Source of the DNA: Acidobacteriota bacterium
Lineage (GTDB): Bacteria > Acidobacteriota > UBA6911 > RPQK01 > JAJDTT01
Reading direction: 5' to 3'
Assembly (NCBI GenBank): GCA_965209055.1
Contig: OZ242374.1
Coordinates: forward strand, 2,752,001 to 2,816,000
DNA: 64,000 bases
Shown: positions 40,006-48,777 of the stretch, piece by piece
Numbering within the stretch: position 1 is the stretch's first letter
Layout of the letters: every line of letters starts with the position of its first letter
The notes under the pieces: generated by a model
Databases searched by the model: none
Seen by the model: the letters and a program-made list of their open reading frames with translations, nothing else
What the model was told of the DNA's origin: nothing
Made by a program: the position numbers and the translations under genes

Positions 40006-42033
40006 TCAAGGTTTCGTATCGGCCGACCACGTGCGCAATGGTTGGACAATGTCGAAGGGCTCGCTCTTGGGAGCCCACGCCACAAACGGACTCGACGTGC
40101 GTGAGGCGGGTGCTGGATCCGGTAATCGGATTCTCGCTCGCGTCGGGACGTTGAAGGCGCTGCCAACGACAACCGCTTCGCCGGGAGCCAGGATGGTAAT
40201 CTGATCCATCAACCTTCGAGATTGGGAGGGCACGATCTTGCGAAAGTGATCGATGTCTTCGGGGTTCTGGAGGCGGTGAACAACGAAGTTTGCGCACTGC
40301 GAAAGAACGGTCGCGCTAACGTCGCTCGGGCGTTGGCTTGCGGCAATGAGAGAAAGGCCGAACTTGCGGCCCTCCTTTGCAATCCGCTCAAAAGTCTCAC
40401 GGGACACCGCAGAGCCCTTCGACTCGTCTTGGCGACGGGGGCGCACGTAGTTGTGTGCCTCCTCCAGGACGACAACCCACGGCTCCTTGAAACGTGCGGT
40501 GGCCAGCGCGTGTTCACGTACTTCGAGAAGTACCCGACCGATCATGCCGCAAACGTAGGGGAGAACCTCGTGGCCTAGCATTGAGCAATCGACTACGACG
40601 GTCGGTGCTGATTTGTAGTCTCCAATACCGAGCATTGAAAGCCAGTCTCCGATCGAGGTTATACCCAGCGCGTCGTAGTTGTAGAAGGCGTGCCAACGAC
40701 GGTCGTTCCTCCGGTTCTGAATTCGGAGCTGTAGCCCCTGAAGAAACTGTTTGATGCCCCGATCGCCGGGCGCAAGCTCGGCGGCGGCTTCGAGGTTCTG
40801 AGCGTTATCGAGTGTGCTGACCGCGAAATGAACTGGCTTGTCTGCTGTTTGCTCAATCGTGGTGGGTGAGGCATCCAGCCGCCGTTCGGCAGATTCTTTC
40901 ACGCGAAGCAGGGCATCTCGGAACGGGACTTGATCGGGTCCGAAGGACCTTGAGTGGGCCCACTCATTGTCCTTGGCGGGAGCGAGGATGTCATCGATCT
41001 TGTCAACAATCTCCTGCAAGTCCGTTTCCTGTAGTATCCACGGCAGGTAACCGAGGGTTGCCTCCCAGGCCCCGAGGCAGGATTCACCTTTTCTCGCCAT
41101 GTTGGGGTCGTTAATCCAGGCGAGCATTGCACCGATTTGGTTGACTCCGTGCTGAAGGTCCCTGCGTTCCAAAGCGACGCTCGCTCTGGCACCCTTGGCA
41201 AGCGCCCAGAGATTTACGAGGGCAGGCTGTTGCGTTTGCTCGGCGGCGCTCAGCCACTGGCATACCTCGTGAGCATTCATGAGCCAAATCGGCACTGTAG
41301 CCTCGCGTCCGTTTACGTAGATGCGGTTCGGCTGTTTGCCACCCGTGGGTTCCGGCACATCCATGGCCTGGGAATACTCGCCGTTCAGGTCAAGTATGAA
41401 GAAACGAGGTCTTGGCCAAGACTTACCGTGGACCGCCGCCGCCGACTGTAGGAGCGTTGCAATCGTACAGGATTTGCCGGAGCCGGTGTTACCAACTATG
41501 GCGAGAGGCCGCGAAAACAGATCATTGTATGAAGCGACAACTGTGCGATTGGTCGCGGCGGTGGCGCTTCCAACTTCAAGCGCGGAATCGAATGGGTCTT
41601 TCGACAACCAGCCGGCTGGCCTATTCCGAATTGGTGCTCGTTCAAGAACCGTTTGCAGGGTGTTCGTCGTGGCTGGCTGTGCCGGCGTATCCAGGGTTGG
41701 AAGGACAGTTACGCCGGGATCAAAGGCCATCTCACCACCGTGGGTCGATCGGACGACCCCGAGAAGCTGAACCGTTGCGGTGCGTCTCGGACGGACCAGT
41801 TCAAGGGACAGCCGCTGATCTTCTGGCTCAAAAACCTCCCGTGCGTAAAGGTCAGTAATGATTCCCAAGACATCCTCGCCGGCACCGATCGCAAAGGTGA
41901 TGAAGGCGTTGACCTTGACCTGAGTTGCCGCCCCGTCAAGCCCCGCTCGAATCGGGCTTCGATGGTCACGATTCAACTCAACCTTGACTCTGAATCCGTG
42001 CACTTCTACAACGCGCCCGAGCGGCTCAGTCAA
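40006..42033 (-). CDS. herA: HerA/DUF87 ATPase of a Sir2-HerA defence system
   Basis: N-terminal HAS-like barrel; AIVGNTGSGKS; LDLNGEY; VVLEEAHNY; ERIAKEGRKFG; SQRPS. Confidence 0.9.
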   Translation of the reverse strand: MTEPLGRVVEVHGFRVKVELNRDHRSPIRAGLDGAATQVKVNAFITFAIGAGEDVLGIITDLYAREVFEPEDQRLSLELVRPRRTATVQLLGVVRSTHGGEMAFDPGVTVLPTLDTPAQPATTNTLQTVLERAPIRNRPAGWLSKDPFDSALEVGSATAATNRTVVASYNDLFSRPLAIVGNTGSGKSCTIATLLQSAAAVHGKSWPRPRFFILDLNGEYSQAMDVPEPTGGKQPNRIYVNGREATVPIWLMNAHEVCQWLSAAEQTQQPALVNLWALAKGARASVALERRDLQHGVNQIGAMLAWINDPNMARKGESCLGAWEATLGYLPWILQETDLQEIVDKIDDILAPAKDNEWAHSRSFGPDQVPFRDALLRVKESAERRLDASPTTIEQTADKPVHFAVSTLDNAQNLEAAAELAPGDRGIKQFLQGLQLRIQNRRNDRRWHAFYNYDALGITSIGDWLSMLGIGDYKSAPTVVVDCSMLGHEVLPYVCGMIGRVLLEVREHALATARFKEPWVVVLEEAHNYVRPRRQDESKGSAVSRETFERIAKEGRKFGLSLIAASQRPSDVSATVLSQCANFVVHRLQNPEDIDHFRKIVPSQSRRLMDQITILAPGEAVVVGSAFNVPTRARIRLPDPAPASRTSSPFVAWAPKSEPFDIVQPLRTWSADTKP

Positions 42034-43397
42034 CGAATGTCTCCTTCATCGAATTCACCAGCCGACTTACCGCGCGGAGGTCCCTCGCGAACGAGATGTT
42101 CGACTCGGCGGAGACGAACGAAGTCATCTAGCCATCGGACGTGCGGCATGAGGTTCACTGCAAAGTCCTCGAAGGTGGCCCATTGAGGCGTTCCCTTGTT
42201 TTCTGAAGGGGCACTGGTTAGGAGAAAAGCGCGCTCGCCAGCGGTTTGATAGCGATCTAGACGTTTTTTCAACTGCGCAGGCGGCGTGGGATCAACGATC
42301 AGTACGACCAAGCTCGGGTTGGTTAGGGCCTCGTCGATGATTCGGTTGATGTGCTGATCTCCGAAGCCATAGCCAAGGATCAGAAAGAAAGTCTGAGGAG
42401 TCTTAAGGCGAACGTCGAGAGCTCGGAAGAGATGCGCGTATGGCATCCCGATCGACTGCAGGTACTTGCTCTCGGTCGGGAGAATGGCGGCAGCGTCCTC
42501 CGCATCGCTTCGAAGAAAGTCGAGTCTTTCATTTCGAGACCACCCCTGCCAATCTGTCCAGCGAGGAAGTGATCGAGAATCCGCACGTATAAGCTCACTC
42601 TGGGATTTCCGCCGCCAATCGACGGACCCGTGCAGCTTGTAGAGATGGAAGAACTTATCGAACCGCTGAACTCGACCCTCGGCTACCTCGCCCGGGTAGT
42701 ATAGATCTAGCGCATAGGCAGAGGAGTCGAACTTCGGCTCAACCGTTCCGATGAATCCGGTTGAGTAGCGAATTCGCAGATCGTCAGCTGCCGCCTCCAA
42801 GAGGAGATCGTAGTTGACTGTAAAGAGATGGGCTCTTCCAAGAGTAGGGTCGCGGGCGACGAGTTTCGCCACCAGAGCGTGATGACCTGACGGACCATCG
42901 GTTGAAAAACGTGGAAAAGGCAGTGAGCAGCGGGAGACTATGGTCCTTGAAATGGCCGCCATCAAGCTGGAAAGTTCGCCGGGCTTGAGTTGGACTCCCT
43001 TCGACCCGAAGCGTGCACCCACGGACCGAAACAGTGATCCTGACGCGTTAAGAGCATGTTCTGCGGTGGCAATGCTTGATAGCCACGTCTCAAATCCCAC
43101 AGCGGTGTTGCCTTGGTCCTTCCGAGCCCGCATTACGTCAAACGCCTTGCCGAGGTCGGGGATGCCAGGGCCCAGATCAAGAATGGTGTCCAAGACATGG
43201 TCCTGAAGTCCGGCAAGCGTGACACCGTTCTGTGAGATCGAACATCCAGCTCCAACGAGAATCACCATGTTCTCGATACGAAGCCAATCGGAGAGGAGAG
43301 CCTGGATCCGGTCGAGCGCGTCGGATCGGCTAAGTCCCTCAAGTAGGTCCCCTGATGATGCGTGAAGCTGGTAGACGTTGTCGCGTACCTCATGCAT
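42030..43397 (-). CDS. SIR2-family NADase of a Sir2-HerA defence system
   Basis: ILVGAGCS, FTVNYDLLLE, LYKLHGSVDW, LGYGFGDQHIN; 4-nt overlap with herA. Confidence 0.9.
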   Translation of the reverse strand: MHEVRDNVYQLHASSGDLLEGLSRSDALDRIQALLSDWLRIENMVILVGAGCSISQNGVTLAGLQDHVLDTILDLGPGIPDLGKAFDVMRARKDQGNTAVGFETWLSSIATAEHALNASGSLFRSVGARFGSKGVQLKPGELSSLMAAISRTIVSRCSLPFPRFSTDGPSGHHALVAKLVARDPTLGRAHLFTVNYDLLLEAAADDLRIRYSTGFIGTVEPKFDSSAYALDLYYPGEVAEGRVQRFDKFFHLYKLHGSVDWRRKSQSELIRADSRSLPRWTDWQGWSRNERLDFLRSDAEDAAAILPTESKYLQSIGMPYAHLFRALDVRLKTPQTFFLILGYGFGDQHINRIIDEALTNPSLVVLIVDPTPPAQLKKRLDRYQTAGERAFLLTSAPSENKGTPQWATFEDFAVNLMPHVRWLDDFVRLRRVEHLVREGPPRGKSAGEFDEGDIR

Positions 43398-43495
43398 GGC
43401 TGTTCCTTATGTCGCTCCACCGGCCAAGAGTCCGCGCTTTGTAAGACTTGGGACTAGTGGTATCAGCAGAAAAGGTGACTGTCCCCTTCTCACGT

Positions 43496-43894
43496 GCTGA
43501 GAGTCGTGCAAGAGGAACGCCAGTTGGCTGTAGGGCAGTTGCTGCCGGTGCTTGACGATGGCCGCGCGCAGGACCTGCTCCGCGGAGAGACCCGGAGCCC
43601 CTTGACCGGAGGTGGCGTTGTCACACAGATGGTGTAGAGCCAGATCCAGGATCGAGGGATTGCCGTCCAAGATCTTGGATACGGCTCTCAGTTCCTGGGC
43701 GAGTCGGTAATCGGGCCAGAGCCCGGGAAGCGGAAGCTGATTTTCCCGTTTTTGCCGCATTGTTCAATGCCTCGGTTTTGCGTAAGTCTTTTATTTGGCA
43801 CCGATAAACTAACAAACGACTGTGACAAAAACGGGGCATGAAAAGCCCCTTAGTCCTTATTTAACAATAACTTGCGGGTTTGCGGATGAGAACT
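43496..43894 (-). mobile_element. ISNCY-family IS remnant (left end plus truncated transposase)
   Basis: MRQKRENQLPL...ELRAVSKILD...GLSAEQVLRAAIVK...YSQLAFLLHDS, then breaks at the motif at 43472-43495; terminal-like gggtttgcggatgagaact. Confidence 0.72.
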
Positions 43895-43939
43895 CGATAA
43901 TTTCTTGGTCTCCACGGGTTCGCGAGAAGGGAGTGAGCA

Positions 43940-44698
43940 ATGGGATTAGATCAATTGGATCGTCAGTTCGAAGTGGCGCTGTCCATCATGGAAACGACCG
44001 TCAACATGTTAGCCGCTCAGGTTCCTCAACCGCAGTTCATAACAGCCAAGAGAAGCTTTCGCTATCGGGAGAAGTCCATTCATCAAGCGATTGTTCAGAA
44101 AATCGCCCGGATGGTGAGCACCCTCCATTCCGCCCGCTTGCTACTAGAGCATGGATTTGTTCAAGAGGTTTGTGTCCTCCAGCGCGTCCTGGGCGAATTT
44201 CAGAGTGATGTGTTGTTCCTAATAATCGGCATCCAAAATCCGACTGATCTGCACAAGAGGTATCTGGAGAGTTTCTACCAGGAGGAGTTCGATACTGAAG
44301 ATCCACTACAATCGACCCACAAGCGACCGTCAATTCCACGAAGGAAGATCGATGCCATGATCGTCAAGTTTCTCAAGAGCGTTCAAGGTTTGGAACTGGA
44401 TCAGAGCACGGTATCTCACTCGTTTATAGCGGTGCATAAGACATACTCGGGGTATGTCCACGGTGCGTCGCCCCAAATCATGGACATGTATAGGGGCTTC
44501 CCTTCCATGTACCATATGAAAGGAATGCGCGAGACGCCTCTATTCCAGACTCATCGGGAAGACCTGACAAACTATTTTATTCGGGGCCTATTTACGGTGG
44601 CAATGTCGGCAGTAGCGTTCGGCATGCCCCGCGAGTGGTCAGCTGAACTGATGAGATATGCGACTTGGTTTTGCAACACATTCGAGTCGCAGAAGTAG
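43940..44698 (+). CDS. Hypothetical protein, possibly HEPN/DUF5677-like
   Basis: 252-aa helical-looking ORF with GGAG RBS; LQRVLGE and YSGYVHG motifs. Confidence 0.55.
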   Translation: MGLDQLDRQFEVALSIMETTVNMLAAQVPQPQFITAKRSFRYREKSIHQAIVQKIARMVSTLHSARLLLEHGFVQEVCVLQRVLGEFQSDVLFLIIGIQNPTDLHKRYLESFYQEEFDTEDPLQSTHKRPSIPRRKIDAMIVKFLKSVQGLELDQSTVSHSFIAVHKTYSGYVHGASPQIMDMYRGFPSMYHMKGMRETPLFQTHREDLTNYFIRGLFTVAMSAVAFGMPREWSAELMRYATWFCNTFESQK

Positions 44699-44908
44699 AG
44701 TACGCTTTCTACCTTGAGACTAGGATTCTGGCCTCCAGAAAAGTCCACCAAGCGGACTAGGACCTCGATGTGGAGCAGCTTACCGGCGTGGACGTTAGGC
44801 GTCGCGGGCCAGGCTGCCCGCGCCGCGGTCGTTAACTCTGAATCCAGCGCTTCCAGGGATGTCCCCTGCTCGTCCATGCTCTACTCGTGCCCGCTCTAAG
44901 CTGCGCGC

Positions 44909-45565
44909 CTAACCGTCGACTCCAGCACAACGAGCTAACGAGCTCGCCGTAATTCTCAGAAAGTTCAGCCCGGCCAGCACGACCAGGATGAAGATCGCGT
45001 GTAATGCATTCTTCGAGGCCTCATGCGCCACCGCCATCACGCTGACCTTCTGGTTCCCCACCCATTCATTCGAGAGCATGTAGTTCACTTGGAGATTCAG
45101 TAGCCGGACCCGATACGCGTCGCAGGTCTCACCGTCTTGTGGAACGATATCTTCAGGAGAAAGCTCCTGGTAGGACTTCCGCTCAAGACCGGCCAAGGTG
45201 GCTCGTAACAAGAACCAGAGCTGTAAGACCACATAAAGGACGAAGAACATAGCGACAATCTTGATTTCCTCCTCGACTGCGCCCAACACCGAGGAGGCGG
45301 CTAGACCTGCTATGAATGCGGCAGAGAGTACGGAGGTCAAAGTGAACAGGGACATTAGTTTGGATTCCACGCTCTGGACACGCTCTTCTACCTTGGCCAA
45401 GCGCGAGGCAAGGATGCGTTCCACATGGTCTAGGAGATGAGCTTGCTTAGCACTGAAGTAGTCCAAGTATCGGGGCTTGGGCTCTGCATCTCCGATAAGA
45501 TGCGGCCATATCCAGTCCGGGATTCGGTCACAGAATCTTCGCATGCGACTTAGTTGCTTAGCCAT
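44909..45565 (-). CDS. Three-TM membrane protein resembling Pycsar TM effectors (DUF5706-like)
   Basis: VESK before TM1, TM1-TM2 hairpin, ~55-aa soluble loop, NQK before TM3; start overlaps the ATP-grasp stop. Confidence 0.6.
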   Translation of the reverse strand: MAKQLSRMRRFCDRIPDWIWPHLIGDAEPKPRYLDYFSAKQAHLLDHVERILASRLAKVEERVQSVESKLMSLFTLTSVLSAAFIAGLAASSVLGAVEEEIKIVAMFFVLYVVLQLWFLLRATLAGLERKSYQELSPEDIVPQDGETCDAYRVRLLNLQVNYMLSNEWVGNQKVSVMAVAHEASKNALHAIFILVVLAGLNFLRITASSLARCAGVDG

Positions 45566-46506
45566 GCTGCAATCCTGTCTGAGATGGGTAGGCCCAGTTG
45601 GTCTTCGATCCAGAGCCATTCACCGTTGGGGTTGATCTCGAAGAACACATAGGTCCCGTCCGGCTTGAGAGCAAAGTCTATAGCGCCAAAGCTGATTCGG
45701 AGGTGGGAGACCAACCGGCGGCAGCGACGAGCGAGTGTTGAGGGTAACTTGTGCGCCCTGTGCTGCAGGTTCGGGTCGTCAGTTGCCCGCCAATCCACTC
45801 TGCTCGATTCTCGGTCCTGGGACAGAATTTCGGCAGCAAAGACCTCCTCCCCCACCACGGTCACACGGATGTCGGAGGATTTCTCCACCTTTTCTTGTAA
45901 AGTGACCGGAGCAACCGCTAATCCGTCGAGGTCATCGAGGTCATCTGGAGCCATCTCGCTGGTGAAGATCGCCTGGTTCCCGTGCGCGCCCGATATGTAG
46001 CCTGAGCTTAAGGCCTTGGCCACTAGCCGAGAGCGGGCTTGGGCAACGCTCCGTGCGGCTGCCGGGTCATTGGTCATTATTGTGAGCGGGAGCGTGAAAC
46101 CTAGTTGGGCAGCCACTGCGAGCTGGTAAGGCTTCCGTTCCGCCCTCCAGATTGCCTGGGGCGAACTCAACCAGCGCTGTGTTGGCAATGCTGCTAGGGA
46201 CCCCAACAGGAACGTGCGGGTCTCCCGTTCGCAGAACTCACGGGTGCCCGAGTCTAGGCATTCGGGCAGATTCGGGGCAACGTTACGTCGATACCAGACG
46301 GACTTGACTTGCCTACCAGAAATGCTCCGTTCTCCGTCAGAGATCGTGAGGGTCCCCTGCGGATCGAAGCTCGCTCGAATTTCCGAAGGGAATCGGTCGG
46401 TGTCCAGCCTGAAGAAGGGAACAGAGCGCCGCTCCAGACCTGCGATCACGTACTCGGGGGCAAGGTCATAGGAGGCCGTCACAAGAAGGACGGTGTCAGC
46501 TGTCAT
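45550..46506 (-). CDS. ATP-grasp RiPP ligase (MvdC/MvdD graspetide synthetase family)
   Basis: FFRLDTDRFP, SVWYRR, ERKPYQLAVAAQLGF..P.T..TNDP, TLQEKVEK.SDIRVTVVG, VDWR, FGAIDF, FFEINPNGEWLWIE. Confidence 0.93.
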   Translation of the reverse strand: MTADTVLLVTASYDLAPEYVIAGLERRSVPFFRLDTDRFPSEIRASFDPQGTLTISDGERSISGRQVKSVWYRRNVAPNLPECLDSGTREFCERETRTFLLGSLAALPTQRWLSSPQAIWRAERKPYQLAVAAQLGFTLPLTIMTNDPAAARSVAQARSRLVAKALSSGYISGAHGNQAIFTSEMAPDDLDDLDGLAVAPVTLQEKVEKSSDIRVTVVGEEVFAAEILSQDRESSRVDWRATDDPNLQHRAHKLPSTLARRCRRLVSHLRISFGAIDFALKPDGTYVFFEINPNGEWLWIEDQLGLPISDRIAAWLSN

Positions 46507-46636
46507 CCGTCGTTTCGCGAGAAACCTTGGTCACGAGGGTTCCTCTCTTCGAAAGCGCGGCATCCGTGTTGGACTTGTCCTTTTCCTTAGGGAGATGTAG
46601 TGCGAACTTTGCTAGGAATGGTACATTTGCAGGCAT
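46496..46636 (-). CDS. Graspetide precursor peptide, 46 aa (below ORF-track cutoff)
   Basis: AAGGAGG RBS; MPANVPFLAKFALHLPKEKDKSNTDAALSKRGTLVTKVSRETTDDS*; PFLAKF resembles the microviridin PFFARFL leader; core rich in T/K/S and E/D; overlaps the ligase start. Confidence 0.9.
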   Translation of the reverse strand: MPANVPFLAKFALHLPKEKDKSNTDAALSKRGTLVTKVSRETTDDS

Positions 46637-46766
46637 CAAAATCCTCCTTATTCGTGCTTCCTCAAAGGCGATAGACTTGTCAGTTGTCGGCGCACTGGGT
46701 GCGCCCCTATTTGGCCGCCAATAGGCGTCTGAACCCTTGAGGTACCAATTCGCTTTGGCGAAAGGG

Positions 46767-46798
46767 ATTATATACGAGTCTTCCCAGAATTTTCACAA
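46767..46798 (-). promoter_or_regulatory. Putative sigma70 promoter for the graspetide operon
   Basis: Perfect TATAAT (46767-46772, minus strand) ~130 nt upstream of the precursor ATG; weak -35 (GTGAAA/TTGTGA). Confidence 0.4.
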
Positions 46799-47598
46799 CG
46801 CTGCCGGTGGTTTCTTTGGCGCCGTGACCGCACGGGATGTTCACCAGATCAAACTTGGAAATGGACGTCGGCAGTCAGGTGTTTACGGCGTTTCCGATCG
46901 TGCCAAGTTCTGGAATACTGTCCCTGTGATCCTGTTCTACGATGACTTGTTGAGAATAGCTCGGAAAACGACCCTTCCCTGGAACCCCTTGGCCGACTGG
47001 AGGCGGCGATCCTCACAATCGCAGTGCGGGACAGGAAAGTGACCGTTTCCTTCTCGCGATGTTCATTTTCTGGCCGCTCACGCCCCCTTTTCGCGGTCGA
47101 GAAGGCATTCGTGCAAAGAGGTGGTTGCACACTTCTCATCTGAGTTCCTATTTAAGACTGAAGTCAATTTCGTTGCCGTTGCAGTGAGCAATGGAGGCGG
47201 CCGATAAACCGAAATCGTCCGCCACATCAGAAGCAATGGGTCCAACGCCGGGGAGAATCAGGAAATCCAGAAGGGCAGGACCTGGCTTAACGAGGGTCAG
47301 AATCAAGTCTGCCCTGATGGCTACGAAAAATATCAGACTGCGCCGCCGTTGGGCCGCGGATCTCGAATGCTGTAAAGGAAGAAACCCCGGACGAGAAAGT
47401 GAATGTCCTTCTCCCAAGATAGGGACGGTCCACTTTCTGCGCCCGTCCTTCTCCCAACATTCCTGCCGGAATTTCAGTGGCTCCTGGTTCCCCTGGATTG
47501 GTGGCCTTGGTCACCGTGATTCGGAGTAATCCGGCGCGGTTTGTTTTCAGACCTCTTCCTCCCAGTAAAGATCCAAATAATAATCTCGACTATGAATT

Positions 47599-48651
47599 CT
47601 ATGAAGTATCCCATACCTTCTTGGCACTCTTCTCGGTGGCCTTTCTTATCGCACTGTCCCCCTTGACCACGGGCCGCATCGCACTGATGTGCTCAGGCCC
47701 CGACGCACAGCAACCGCCGACAACCTGCGCTCCCATCCGCTTCCAGTTCCGTGCGAATTCAGCCATCCGCGAGGGATAGTATTCGGCGTTCTGCAGAATA
47801 TCGGGACCCGAGCTGACCCTCTGGTTGGTCAGCATGGGAGGGTTAACTATCGGGCCTGTGGGATTGTAGCCCAGGTTGGGATAGGCCCCGACCGGACCGG
47901 AGAAAGCCCTCCGGAGGCGCGGCAATCCGACTGAGATCGCCTTCGGGTTGCTGCACATCAGCAGGATCGCTCCCACGCGACGTCCCTCCAGAGCGTCAAC
48001 CAGATCCTCCAGTCGCTCGCCATATTGCATGGTGCCGTCCGGCCGGATATGCCGAATGCCCAGAAACACGGTTGCGCCCGCCTCGGTACAGGCGTCGACG
48101 GCGGTCACCGCGTCCTCGATGAAGCCCACGTACTCAGCCTGGATCAAATCCACTCCCATCTCGACCAGGAGCTTGGCGTGTTCCGCCCACTCCCGGAAAC
48201 AGGCCTCCCGCCCCATCTGCCGGGTGTCGGACACCGCGCCCGATTCCGGCCGCCCCTGCAAGGTGGGAGCCGCGATGCCACCGGCCACGTAGGCTGCAGG
48301 GTTGTGGTTGTCCCGGGCCTTCAGCGCAATCTCGGCGGCCGCCCGCGCGTAGCGTCTCCACTCCCGGCCCAGCCCGCACCGCTCCAGCCGGGTCGGCGAC
48401 GTCCAGAAGTTGTTGCTGGTGATGATGTCTGCTCCGACGCGCAGGTAATCCTGATGGACCTGCTGCACGACGTCGGCGAATTCGAGGTTCGCGGTGGCCG
48501 ACCAGGCCTTCAGGCCGTCCTTCGCGCCCACGAGGACATCGACGCCGCGTCTTTGCAGTTCGGAACCGGTGCCCCCGTCCAGGAGCAGCGATTGACCCTC
48601 GTTCAACCGGTCCAGGATGGGAGGTCTGGGCATGGATCCAGTAGGGGACAC
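47599..48651 (-). CDS. Homocysteine S-methyltransferase family protein
   Basis: LLDGGTGSELQRRG, VHQDYLRVGADIITSN, GAYPN, VGGCC. Confidence 0.9.
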   Translation of the reverse strand: MSPTGSMPRPPILDRLNEGQSLLLDGGTGSELQRRGVDVLVGAKDGLKAWSATANLEFADVVQQVHQDYLRVGADIITSNNFWTSPTRLERCGLGREWRRYARAAAEIALKARDNHNPAAYVAGGIAAPTLQGRPESGAVSDTRQMGREACFREWAEHAKLLVEMGVDLIQAEYVGFIEDAVTAVDACTEAGATVFLGIRHIRPDGTMQYGERLEDLVDALEGRRVGAILLMCSNPKAISVGLPRLRRAFSGPVGAYPNLGYNPTGPIVNPPMLTNQRVSSGPDILQNAEYYPSRMAEFARNWKRMGAQVVGGCCASGPEHISAMRPVVKGDSAIRKATEKSAKKVWDTS

Positions 48652-48777
48652 GGTAGGCCTCAGAATATCATTGCGGCTTCAGGTGCGTTTGCCGGTACTT
48701 GGCGGGCAGGGCATAAACACTTTCCATTCAATCACGCCTCTGCGAAATAATGGGGGACAAACTAGGAGAGACACGCC

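Larger units (their letters stand above)
20601..47438 (+). repeat. Dispersed ~22-nt motif AAGGTGACTGTCCCCTTYTCRCG, ~11 direct copies plus one inverted
   Basis: Copies start near 20601, 23346, 24114, 24270, 24366, 32653, 35503, 36787, 43472, 47036, 47396 (several degenerate); inverted copy at 47421-47438. Confidence 0.8.

Noticed and set aside
20601-47438. Motif copies as a CRISPR array or integron attC sites
   Set aside because: Spacing is irregular (100 bp to 8 kb), no cas or intI gene is present, and there is no RYYYAAC...GTTRRRY attC structure.
46737-47590. Short ORFs upstream of the graspetide operon, and 44572-44877
   Set aside because: No recognisable motifs or convincing RBS; probably junction debris, although gene fragments cannot be excluded.
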